Assembly: GCA_016748015.1 (NCBI GenBank)
Contig: JAAOMT010000586.1
Span: forward strand, 789,483 to 853,482
DNA from: Geosiphon pyriformis uo1
Taxonomy: Eukaryota; Fungi; Glomeromycota
Direction: 5' to 3'
Length of the DNA stretch: 64,000 bases
The notes under the pieces are model-generated. The model searched no databases, had not been told where the DNA came from, and saw only the letters and a program-made list of their open reading frames with translations. The position numbers and the translations under genes are program-made. This document shows, piece after piece, positions 26,144 to 38,462 of the stretch (position 1 is the first letter of the stretch; every line of letters begins with the position of its first letter).

Positions 26144-27563
26144 TAGTACAACTCTCTCAAACCAAACCAACCTAATTATTAGTAACTTTCTCACAAACAA
26201 ACACAATAATGGACTTGGACAACTACTTAGCCTTAATGGAATTTTTGGGTAAAGAACAATACCCACCAGACTATACTCGACAACAAAGAGAACATTTGTG
26301 CAAACAATCAAATTTCTATTTGATTTATTAGAACCAGTTATATAAAAGAAATAGAAAAAATTCTGACCGCTTTTAGAGAGTCATTAGATTTGAAAAAAAA
26401 AAAATTGTGATCTACAATATGCACACTGATCCATTAGCTGGACACTTTGGAAAAACAAAGACAATTCAGAAAACTTTAGCTCACTATTATTAGCCTACTT
26501 TGGGAAAAAACATTGTTGAATACATCAAAACCTGTAACACCTGCCAAAGAAAAGAGAAACCCAATCGAAAGGAAGATATCCATTCAATCTCTGTTGGTTA
26601 ATCATTTGACAGAATTGGTATAGATGTTGTTGAATCTTTAACAGTAACTTCTGATGGCAATAGATATATTATCACAGCTACTGACTATCTTACAAAATGG
26701 GTAGAAGCAAAAATCACTCCAGATCAAACAGCAGTTTCAATCGCCAATTTCATTTATAAAGATATCATTTGTCGCCATGGCTGCCCCAAAAAACTTTTAT
26801 CTGACAAAGGAAGAGCTTTTCTCAGTACACTGGTTGAAGAACTTTGTAGAAAAATGGAAATATGTCACAAACTTTCCTCCCTTTATTACCCCCAAACAAA
26901 TAGCTTAGTGGAATGTTTTAATAGAACACTATGTGAAACTCTAGCCAAAACAAGTGAAGAAACAAACTTATAAGACAAAGTACTGCCTTCAGCTTTGTTT
27001 GCTTATAGAACTGTGAATCATAACATAACAAGTTATGAACTTTTTTATCTGCTGTATGGATGCATGACAACACTACCAATAAAAATTGACATTGAGACAA
27101 TACTCTTTGAAGAGATCACAATAGCAAATTACAAAGACATTTTGCAAAGAAAACTTGGTACTATTTTTGACTCATTGGTAGAAGCACGAATAATTGCTTT
27201 TGAAAAGATAAAACAGTTTCAAGAAAAGCTTAAAAAAAAAAAAACTTATAAAACACTTTTTTTAAGTGTTGGTGACTTGGTATTAGAATACTGTTCAGAC
27301 AGAAACAATGTCTATAATGATAAATTCTCTAGCTGATGGAAAGGACTTTTTATAGTCAACAAAGTTTTGAACAATGGTTCTTATATTCTTTAAGATCAAT
27401 CTGAAACAATCTTTAATGATCAACTTGTTCACGGCACACAACTCAAGAAATATTACAAACAACCTAATTGGTTGCCTGTTGTGGTAATACTGACTCAAAT
27501 GATCAACAAAAATCAAGTATAAATAAATGCACCATTCCCAAAACAGAGATATCTTCAATTAAC

Positions 27564-28072
27564 ATGAACAATTATTTTCTGGATCAAAACATTCAAAATG
27601 CCTTCTATACTCTCCATGAGTATTGGATTAAAAACTATCCAAATGCTACTTTGACCATTGGAAAACAGACCACCATAACTAATAGCAGTAGAACACATAC
27701 TGTTATTAAACCAAAGAAAACAACTACCAGAAGAGAAAGAATTGGTAGCAAAATGTATAAATATCTGCTAGAAAGTATAACAGCAGTGATACTCATACCT
27801 TCCATCATACTTGGAAAAACAATTAAAGAAATCTTACCTATAGACAAAAACTTGTCATATGGAAAACAACCAGAGCTCTATGGTCACCTTGGTGAAATCA
27901 TAGATAACATGAAGCTCATGAAGAAAACAACTTCAGAGATACAGGCAGAAATTTTGGGCATTATATGATTAGATGTTCCAAGAGTTTTAACCATTGCTAG
28001 AAGAGCCAAAACTCTAATACAAAGATTTGGTCACTTGGATACAAAACTTATTTTGCCTCAAGTATTATACAC
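27564..28072 (+). pseudogene. Extra ORF3 of element B, 5' part (continues at 38128-38244 after element C)
   Basis: MNNYFLDQNIQNAF...; with one in-frame TGA (27966) read through and C excised with a 4-bp TSD, the frame continues QVLYTLSTKNFNKL...PELNLFKKDD. Confidence 0.7.
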
Positions 28073-31000
28073 TGTTACTTATAGAAATATAGGGAATATA
28101 TATTAGCATAGTTATTAACCAATCAGAAGTAAATGTAGTAAAATGTGGAATTCCAAGATTTCTCTCAAGAATTGCAGGATTCCAGAAATTACAAGATTCT
28201 CACAAGAAATCGCAGGATTCCAGAATCCCAAAATTCCTGTTGTGAAGAATTGAGAAATTGAGGAATCTCAATTATGTATATCTAGCAGTAGGATTAAAAG
28301 CTAAAAAAACAGATCTCTCAGTTTAGATTTCATCTGAACAACTTTCCAAACCACAAATAAATAACTGTTTGTTATCTCAAACCCACTGCCATTATCAACA
28401 CTTCATGTTGATAGTAATTGATACTTAACCACATTGGAACAATAGCTCTTGATCATGGCTATTGATAGAATACTAACTTGCAAATTGTCTTGGCTTATTT
28501 CTTTTTTTTCTTTATTTTCTTTTTTTTTTATTTCTTGCTTTGATTTTATTGTTGTTTACTAACTCTATTGAGAATTAACACGTGGGGTATTGATGTCAGG
28601 ATAAACGTGACTGGTAAAAAACCCAGAAATAAGAGTAAAACACTCGATTAAGGATAGCTTACCAGGAGGAATACTGGCCATCAAGCTGAGAAAAAAATTG
28701 ATGAAACTGCAGTTTCGGAAAGCTATGAATAAAACTATTACCATTGAATCTCTGTTCATTATACAAAGAACTCAACCAAACCCTTCAAATACAGACTCTT
28801 CAGACATAAATCTTCAGATTACTATCAACTGCAACTAGATTTGAGCACCAAGTTATGAGTTTGTTATTTAATCTAACACCAGAAATAGTTACCTGTAACA
28901 TTTGGTGCTCCCTGTGAGGTATAATCCTACAGAGAACTAGCACCAACACAAATCTAAAAGTGGCAGAATCAGAAAACATAGGAGCAAACCATCTAGGATT
29001 TGCGAAATCCTTATTTTAACACTACTATCAACATTTGAGATTAAATCACAACTACATATCAGCAGAATCAGCTTTCAATTTCTATGTCAATGAAAGAATT
29101 GCCTATCTGTTAGGAACACCAGTAAATATCAAATCAGCAAGAGAAGTTTTTTACAGTGAATTAATTCAAAATACCAACCTGCCAACAAATCACAATTTTG
29201 CCTCTATCATCATGGAAATCAACAAAGAAATTAAACACCACACACAGCAAAGATACCTCATTATTTACGCAAGCAAAGGCAAAAGAAAACTGCAAACACC
29301 AGCAATAACACCCAAAAAAATACAACCACCTACTTGGAAGAAAACAAAAGTTGAGTTCCCAACTAATCCATCATATCACTATACACCCAGAAGTGCCATT
29401 AATATTACATCTACCAGCACAGCCACATCAAACATGACATTAGCATTTGGATGATTCCCATTCCAAAGTAAACAAAGAAAAGCAGAGTTATTAAGACCAT
29501 ATGGCACATATTTTGAAGAATTTAACTTGTAATTATCAATGCCATCAGGACTTCGATCACCACCGCCTCCCCCAGATTTTGGAATTTCTGATCCATAAAA
29601 AGTAACAGAATCAGAAGAAAAGGAAGAAGAAGAAGCTGAAGATCAAGAATTCACTTACCAGAACCCGATTACTGAAAGCCCAGAATTTGAAACCCCAAAT
29701 CTTCAAACCCAGCAAAATCTAAACCCAGAAAATCCAGAAATTGAAACTCCGAATATTCAGACACTGCCAACTCAGGATAATCGAAACCCTGATTTAATAA
29801 ATCAACAAAACTTACCTCCAATAATTGGCATCAATCAACCACTAATTAATCCAATAGTCAAACTCCTACAACCACCACTTCAACTACCATCCCAACAACT
29901 CATGCAACAACAATCACTTCAACTACCACTACAACAATCCAACTTAAATCCAATAGCCTATGCACTAATCACAAAACTTGACAATTTTACCAGCGAAGAG
30001 AACGATGTCCAAATATGGCTCAACAATGTTGAAAAAGCCATAGTGGCCAATGGATGGAACAACGGTAAAGCCCTTCAAACAATTCCCTATTTTCTCAAAA
30101 ATACTACCAACTCATGATATTAGAGCCTAGCCGCCAAACCACAAACCTTCAATGAGTTCAAAACAGAATTCTTAAGATACTTTAGTAATAACAATAGTAT
30201 CAATCACTTGACCAACACATTTACCACCATCAAACAAAGGGACACAGAAGCAGTCACCACTTACTTGGGATGCTTCCATAGAAATCTGCACCAAATTCAG
30301 GCAATCCAAGCTGATTACTTTACAGTGCCACAGATCTTGAATCAGTTCATCAGAGAATTGCACAGTAGTATCTTTTAGCAAGTATGTCTAATGCATTCAG
30401 TGGATCTTCCAATCACAGTTACTTATGCCAGGAATTTTGAAGCAGCTGAATTAAAAGCTAATCACGCTCAAGCTATGAATCTAGCAATAAATAGATCATC
30501 TGAATTGGATTCCAAATTAAAGCAATTCAGTGATTCAATTAATCAGAAATTAGAGGGATACTTAGCTAACAATCACACAATTTATCAACCTCCTCAATGG
30601 TGTAACAATCAGGAAAATGCAAATTGTTTCCAAAATCAGTCACATCCATCATTATTATTTAATCAGTTATGGCAGCCAGAGACACATGTCTGCCACAACT
30701 GTGGTAAACAAGGGCATATCAGAGCCAACTGCCATACTTATAGCAATCCATGATTGGAAAATCAATATAAAAATCCTGATCGCCAGTTCTAGACTCCGAA
30801 CCATTACCTGAATCAAGACCAATACCAATCTACTTATCTGCTTATGATGCACCAACCAATTTATCAACTGCCAGTTTATTAACCACCACCACAAGCAATT
30901 TATCAGGCACAGCCACAAGTAATATATTAACCACAGCCACCAGCAATCTATCAAACACCCACCATTCAAATACCACCAGCAAACTCAGCTCAAATAACAT

Positions 31001-32974
31001 CAGGAAACCCAAAATTGAGGATCACCCAAAACTGGAGATCGGCAATGGTTGTACATCAACCAATTCTTAGCTCTTCCTATCAATAATCAGAATCTTGTCA
31101 GCGGAATTCGGGCACTGGTTCCACCCAAAACCCAAATTTCCAACACTATTTAAGCCTCCTGGTAACTCCAGAAGACACTACATTCAGTAATCCGGGAATT
31201 GAACAACAACAACCACCTACCAATAATATTCTACCTGCTACAATCACCAAAAATAAATTTTTGGATGCCATCTTTTCATTTGAACTCAAAAAACCATTAA
31301 ATACACTATTATTCAGTGAAGCTGCACTTGAAGAGAAACCAATCACTACCATGTATACTGATGTTAAGGTCAATGATCACTTCATCAAATTAATTCTTAA
31401 CAGTGGTTCAGCAGGCAACATCATCACATGACAACTCATGGATCAATTAGGTCACCAAGTTGATCACACTGTCAGTGTCAGGATTATCACCACAAATAGA
31501 GCCACCAAAACCCCAATTGGTGAAATCAATGACTTTTCAATTGAAGTCAATGACATTATAGTACTTATCAAAGTTCTGGTAATGGAAGCCACCCAATACC
31601 AAGCTTTAGTTGGTAATGACTGGTTATCCAAAATCAACGCCATGCTCGATTAGATAACTTAAGAACTAGTACTCAGCCAAAATGGTCAACACACGCGAGT
31701 ACCAGCAATGTGTGGTCACTTCAAAGCTATCAACACCACAGCATCCCTAATTGACCTTGAAGAAAAAAACCAAAACCTATCTGGGAAGCATATCAAGTCT
31801 CGTGAACTGACAAAAAACACAACAAACTGTTGCTAATACTCTTATAGAACAACAATGGCAAAAGAAAACAGAAGAGAACAGAACCTATTTGGAATGCAGA
31901 CCAAGCCTGAAACACCAACCACGACTTAGAAGAATCACCCAGTTGAGAATGAGATAAGAGAGAAAAAGAGAAAGGAAAAATGAAAGAAGAAGGGTCACTA
32001 CCAACTGCCAGTTACACTCCTTATACATATACACTACCACAATTATTAAGCTATCACTGACCAAAGCTCATATGCGTCGATTGTGACAAGAAATTGTCAT
32101 CAATGAGCACATGCTGTGGTAATAACGAGGAATACCAGATGGCAACTAAGTTCTATTGCCATGCATGTCTCGTCGAATGCTTTGGAAGACCAAAATGAGT
32201 GGGAAAATGAGATAATACACTATGTTTAGCTTGTGGGGAAACTCTCCTCAATAAAGGAATGTGGAATGACATTCCTGAGAGAAGAGGAATATGTGATAAA
32301 ATCTGCTAGTATATGATACTAATCAATGATTGAGTATGCAAGGAAACACCAATTGACAATGCCTGGAAATGAGCATTATGACAATTAGAAGAATATCCAC
32401 ACAATGAACATGAACTCTGGAGAATGGCGAGTGTAAAGGCAAAAGATGCAACAACCAGTAAACTACTAGAAATCAAAAACAACCTTTTATCTCTGCCTAA
32501 ACCTGAATATGTCCTAACATTTGACATATTCGGCAACATTAAGGACAATTTGAAAGAATTCTATGAGCACTATCAATGGTTGGCACCTACTCAAGAAGAA
32601 CAAGAGCAACAGTTAGAAGAAATAAACACTCAACTATGTGACCACTGTTTGATTTCATGTGACTTCCAATATTGTAATAAGTGTGATCTCATTTACAATC
32701 CACTACCATGCATGATCTACACAATTTCAGAGGAAAAGAAACCAATTAGCAGCTGTACATTAGAATTGGAATCAATTTTTAATCCCAATTTAAACTCCAA
32801 CAATGATAATGATGAAAACACTGGTTCCAGCTTCATCCAATATGGTGATAACAATGACAACAATTCCAACTCAGATTTAAACCCTGATCCAGACTATGAA
32901 CAATATATTGCGCTCCTTGACCTCACCAAGGAACAGGAACTTAAATAATTCAGCAATAATAATAAAGATATTAT

Positions 32975-33365
32975 GCTAGAATGCACACATGATACTGATG
33001 CCAGGTTTGATCTGAGATATTCAGGAAAAGATGCCATCCAATTGGAACCACATTTACACACCTGCATTGATTTGAAAATAGCATTGGAAATTCTGGCAAC
33101 AACAATAGTTTAATTAGCATTTAGAATTAGTCTAGTGAAAAGAGAGATAAATATCAGAGGGAGAATAATTGACACAGGATATGTAGGAAATATCATCGCC
33201 ATGCTACAAAATGACTCAGAAAAAGCCTATATCATAGAGCCAAACAAAAAGATAGCACAAGCAATTTTCTTGCTTCTGGTTAAAGTAACTTAATTAGTAT
33301 CAGTAGAAAACAGAGAAGAACTAGGGATAACAGCAAGAGGAATACAGGGATTTGGATGTACAAGT
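32975..33365 (+). pseudogene. dUTPase domain within pol of element C
   Basis: Translation: HDTDARFDL...IIDTGYVG...KKIAQAIF...RGIQGFG, with two in-frame stops. Confidence 0.9.
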
Positions 33366-36300
33366 AGAATAGATGTACCAGTCAATATAGTGGAAGAAGA
33401 AATTATTGGCCAAGGAGAAATTATTTCAACCAGTCAAACAATTTCCATTCCACCATATAGCCAATACATGTTAGCAATAGAAAAGAGAGAGAAGGAGCAA
33501 GAACAGATTTTTGAAGCAGAAGCAACTCTTTGTAAATCAAGAGAAATTGAACTTATCAATCTATACATACCAGCCAAGAGCCATAACCATATCAAAACTT
33601 CCATCTATAACAATACCAGAAATGTTGTAGAGATACCGGAAGAAACCACTTTTAGATATTTAACCACGGAAATTGAAGATTAAGCACCAAACAGAATTCC
33701 AGATTTTCCACAGCTTTGTGGATATGTGGACATTATATTACAAACCATCTATGGATGAAACAAATGTTATCTGTTATAGCCAGAACAATTAGAACAGATG
33801 AACATAAGAAATCTAAACTTATTTCAACAGATGCAACTAAAGATGTTACTCAATAATTTCAATAACATTTTTGCCAATGAAAACGAATTTGGCAGAACTA
33901 ATATTATTCAGCATCAGATCAAGACTGGAGATGCAATGCCAATCAAATAGTGAGCATATAGGGTACTACCAGTCAGCCATGAAATCATCCATTAAGAGAT
34001 CAACCAAATGCTTGACAATGTGTTAATTCAGTCATCAATGAGCCCATAGTCATCACCAGTAGTACTTGTCCATAAGAAAAATGGAAAAATCCGATTTTGT
34101 GTAGACTACAGGAAACTCAATAGTGTAACTCATGGAGACAGCTATCCAACTCCATGAATACAAAAACTATTCAATGCTTTCAGTAGAAACAAATAGTTCT
34201 CAATGTTAGACTTGGATAGTGGTTACTAGCAAGTAGCCATAAATCCAGCCGACAAAGAAAAAATGGCATTCACCATAAGAGAGGGAAACTTTGAGTTTGA
34301 AGTTATGCTATTCAGCTTAACCAATGCTCCAGCTATATTCCAACGGCTAATGGAAATCATGTATATCAGCTTATTGTGAAAATCAGTAGTTGTATACTTG
34401 AATAACACCAATGTGTTTTCAAAAACATTCAATGATCATTTACGTTATCTCCAACAAGTGTTCGAAAGACTACAACAAGCAGGATTAAAATTGAATGCAA
34501 CAAAGTGTTTTTTGGCAAAACAGAACTAAAATTCTTAAGACATATAGTTAGCAAAGATGGCATAAAAACAGATCCGGAGAAAATAGAGATAGTAAAGAAC
34601 TTTCTAATACCAACCAATGTAACTGAGCTGAAATTATTTTTGGGATTCACGAGCTATTATAAACGCTTCATAAAGAATTTTTCAAAAATAGCACAACCAC
34701 TCAATGATTTTCAAACCAAAAATGCAAAGTATGAATGGACTGAAACTTAGCAAAAAGCATTTGACATCTTAAGAAGAAAGCTTATTCAAGCTCTAGTATT
34801 GATCTATCCAGATCATAGTAAACCATTCATTATCACTACTGATGCATCAGGTCAAGCATTGGGAGCAGTATTATCTCAGAGAGGATTGGATGGAAGAAAA
34901 CATCCAGTCACATATGTCAGCTGAGGTTTGACTCCAGCCGAAAAGAACTATAGAACACCAGAATTAGAATATTTAAATCTATTGGGCAGTTATGAAATGA
35001 AAAAAATACTTGAGCCAAAAGTTTGAGGTGTACACAAATCACAAAGGATTGACATTACTCCAAAAATAAGAATTTGAAGATAGAAGACAGTCAAGATGGA
35101 AAATGGCTTTTTTAATATACACTTATACCATACATTATAAAAAGGGAAAAGACAATGGAAATGCTGATGGTTTGTCACAAATGAGACAAATCTAAGAACA
35201 TTTCAACCCAAAAATATAACAATACTCATGAAAATATAACAAAAGATGAACACACAAAAATATTAACAACTTCAACATTATATAGATACTCAACAGTTCA
35301 AGGAGAAATTATCTCAACCAGAACAAAAAAAGATCAAACAACAATCCAAATATTTTATCACTCACCAAAATATACTTTATCAGAAAAATAGAAAAGATTC
35401 AGATCAACCAACCAGAGTAATTACAGAACCAAAAAAGGAGACGATACTGTTCAACATGTACTCAGATTCAACTGCAGAACATTTTTATAAAAAAGCAACC
35501 ATAGAAAGAACCAGAAAGAGATACTATTGGCTATTAATTTATCCAGATATCATCCAATATATGCAAAATTGTGATGCTTATCAAAAAAGAGAAGGAACAA
35601 GACTCAGTGAACCATTAAAACCAATCAAAGTGAGACAACTATTTGACTGCATTGGAATTAATTTAGTCGGACCATTGACAATTACCAGCAGAGGCAACAA
35701 ATATATTGCAATAGCCATAGACTATCTTACTAAATGGCCAGAAGCCAAAGCAATTCAAAGAGCAGATGCAGAATCCATTGCTGAATTCATCTATTAAGAT
35801 CTGATTTGTCGACATGGATGTTCAAAAGAATTATTATCAGACCAAGAAACCCATTTTGTGAATAGAATATTAGCAGAACTAAGCCAAAGATTCGGAATTA
35901 AGAGACCACTATCATCACCATACCATCCACAAACCAATAAATTAGTTGAAAGATTTAATAAAACATTGTGTGAAGCAATAGCAAAACTCAGCCAAAAAAA
36001 CCAGGACAAATGAGATTTGTTCATACCATCAGTATTATTTGCTTATTGGACAATGAAGCAAGATACCACACAAGCAACACCATTTGAATTGATATATGAT
36101 AGAACAGCAACATTACCAGTTGAGATAGAGGTTAACACATATCCAACTAAACCAATAACAGAAGAGAATTTTCAAGAAACATTGTTAAGAAAAACATATG
36201 ACTTAATGAAAACATTAGAAAACAAATGAAGAATAGCAGCTGATAATATACAAAAGTCACAAGAGAAACAAAAAGAAAGACATAATAATCAACTACCAAA

Positions 36301-36636
36301 CAAACCAGTTGAATTCAAGATTGGAGACAAAGTACTCTTATATCATACCAAAACGAAAAAACAATAGAGTGGAAAATTTGACCCCAAATGGGATGAACTA
36401 TTTCACATAGATGAAATTCTAAGGAATGGAGCTTACAAATTAAGACTGGATAACAAAATTTTAACCAAAACAGCACATAGAGATTAACTGAAACCATACC
36501 ACAACATTACACCACCATCCATCAGTAATATTCCACAATTAGAAGTACAAAAGAGGAGATTTCACGAGATCTAGAACCAATCATCATCATTGACAACAAC
36601 ATGTTAAATTAATTCATCAAAAGAATATATAAAGAC

Positions 36637-37295
36637 ATGATAGATGTGACAAGAAATAACAGAAAAATGGAAATTACAGACAATATCCACTCATTAGCAC
36701 AACAACTTTTTCAATTGATTCAACACCAAGAGATGGAAATTACAATTAATCAACAAACCATCCAATATCAAGACACTAGAAAGACATCACCACATAGAAC
36801 ACAAAAAAAACAGAAAATACCATTAACAAAATCATTGTAAAAGTAAAGTTAGCAATAAAAGAGTCGACAAAAGAGTCACTATACCAAGAGTTGACTAAAG
36901 AAACTTGGAATTGGTGAATACAACAATTTTTAAGAAACTATTGTTATTTTTACTTGGGACAACACATGAATATCTAGAATTTATATATGGATAAAACAAA
37001 GCAATTATTTGACACAAGAATACTACAACAATTAGAACATTTTGTGCGAAAGAACAACTTATTTACACAGGCCTGAACCATATACTGAATACACACAGCA
37101 TTTTAGGATTGACCAGAAATTTTACTTAACAAAGCAATAGATACGGTTACCAGTAATCAATTAGGAAAGATTACCAACATTCAATTTGAAAAATTACAGA
37201 CTTAAATAACACAAGTAATTCTCGAAAATAAAATTCAGGAAATACTTCAAAAAAGGGAATTAACAGAGTTAAATTTTGATGGAGCTCAATATTAA
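36637..37295 (+). pseudogene. Extra ORF3 of element C
   Basis: MEITDNIHSLAQQLFQL...LGKITNIQFEKLQT.ITQVIL; similar to ORF3 of element A. Confidence 0.65.
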
Positions 37296-38336
37296 AAGGA
37301 GGGAATAATATTACTTATAGAAATATAGAGAATATATATTAGCATAGTTATTAACCAATTAGAAGTAGACATAGTAAAATGTAGAATTCCAGGATTCCTC
37401 TTAAGAATTGCAGAATTCTAGGAATTACAGGATTCTTAGAAAGAATTGTAGGATTCCTGTTGTGAAGAATTAAGGAATTGAGAAATCTCAATTATGTATA
37501 TATAGCAATAGGATTAGAAGCTAAAAAGACAGACCTTTCAGTTTAGACTTCATCTGGACAACTTTCCAAACCACAAATAAATAACTGTTTGTTATTTCAA
37601 ATCCGCTGCCATTATTAACACTTCATGTTAATAATAATTGATACTTAACCACACTGAAACAATAGCTCTTGATCATGGCTATTGACAGAATACTAACTTG
37701 TAAATCATCTTGGCTTATTTCTTTTCTTTCTTTATTTTCTTTTCTTTTCTTTATTTCTTGCTTTGATTTTATTGTTGTTTACTAACTTTATTGAGGATTA
37801 ACGTACGGGGTACTAACGTCAGGATAAACGTGACTGGTAAAAAACCCAGAAATAAGGGTAGAACACTTGATTGAGGATAGCTTACCAGGAGGAATACCGG
37901 CCATTAAGCTGAGAAAGAAATTGATAAAACTGCGGTTTCAGGAAGCTATAAATAAAACTATTACCATTGAATCTCTGTTCATTATACAAAAAACTCAACC
38001 AAACCCTTCAGATACAGACCTTTCAGACACAAACCTTCAAATCACTATTAATTGCAACTAAATTTGAGCACCAAGTTACGGATTTGTTATTTAATCCAAC
38101 ACCAGAAATAGTCATTTGTAACAACACCCTATCTACAAAAAACTTTAATAAATTAGTTAGTTTTGAGTTAGATAAAACTCTTCAAATAGATTACACTATA
38201 AATAACTTGATTTCACCAGAGCTCAATCTTTTTAAAAAGGATGATGTTATGGTTGAGACTTATACCTCTTATTAATTATCACATGTATTAGCCACTAATG
38301 TCATATGATTAGCCACATTATTTTTAAAAAATGATT

Positions 38337-38462
38337 ATTGACCTGATCAATGACCTGACGGTTGATCTGACCGTTGACCTGATCATTGATCTAATCAATA
38401 ACCTGATCAATGACCTGATTATTGACTTGATTATTGACCTAATCATTGACCAAATCATTGAC
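38337..38462 (+). repeat. 12-bp tandem repeat (TGACCTGATCAA-like) in U3 of the 3' LTR of B
   Basis: About ten degenerate copies here versus about four at ~21295-21345 in the 5' LTR. Confidence 0.85.

Larger units (their letters stand above)
28073..38123 (+). mobile_element. Full-length Gypsy element C (gag-PR-Cys-rich-dUTPase-RT-RH-IN-ORF3), LTRs 28073-28900 and 37309-38123
   Basis: Paired LTRs, TSD ACAC (28069-28072 / 38124-38127), PBS TGGTGCTCCCTGTGAGG 28903-28919, knuckle CHNCGKQGHIRANC ~30691-30732, PR ~31340-31720, RT ~33900-34780, IN ~35250-36612, PPT ~37294-37308. Confidence 0.95.
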
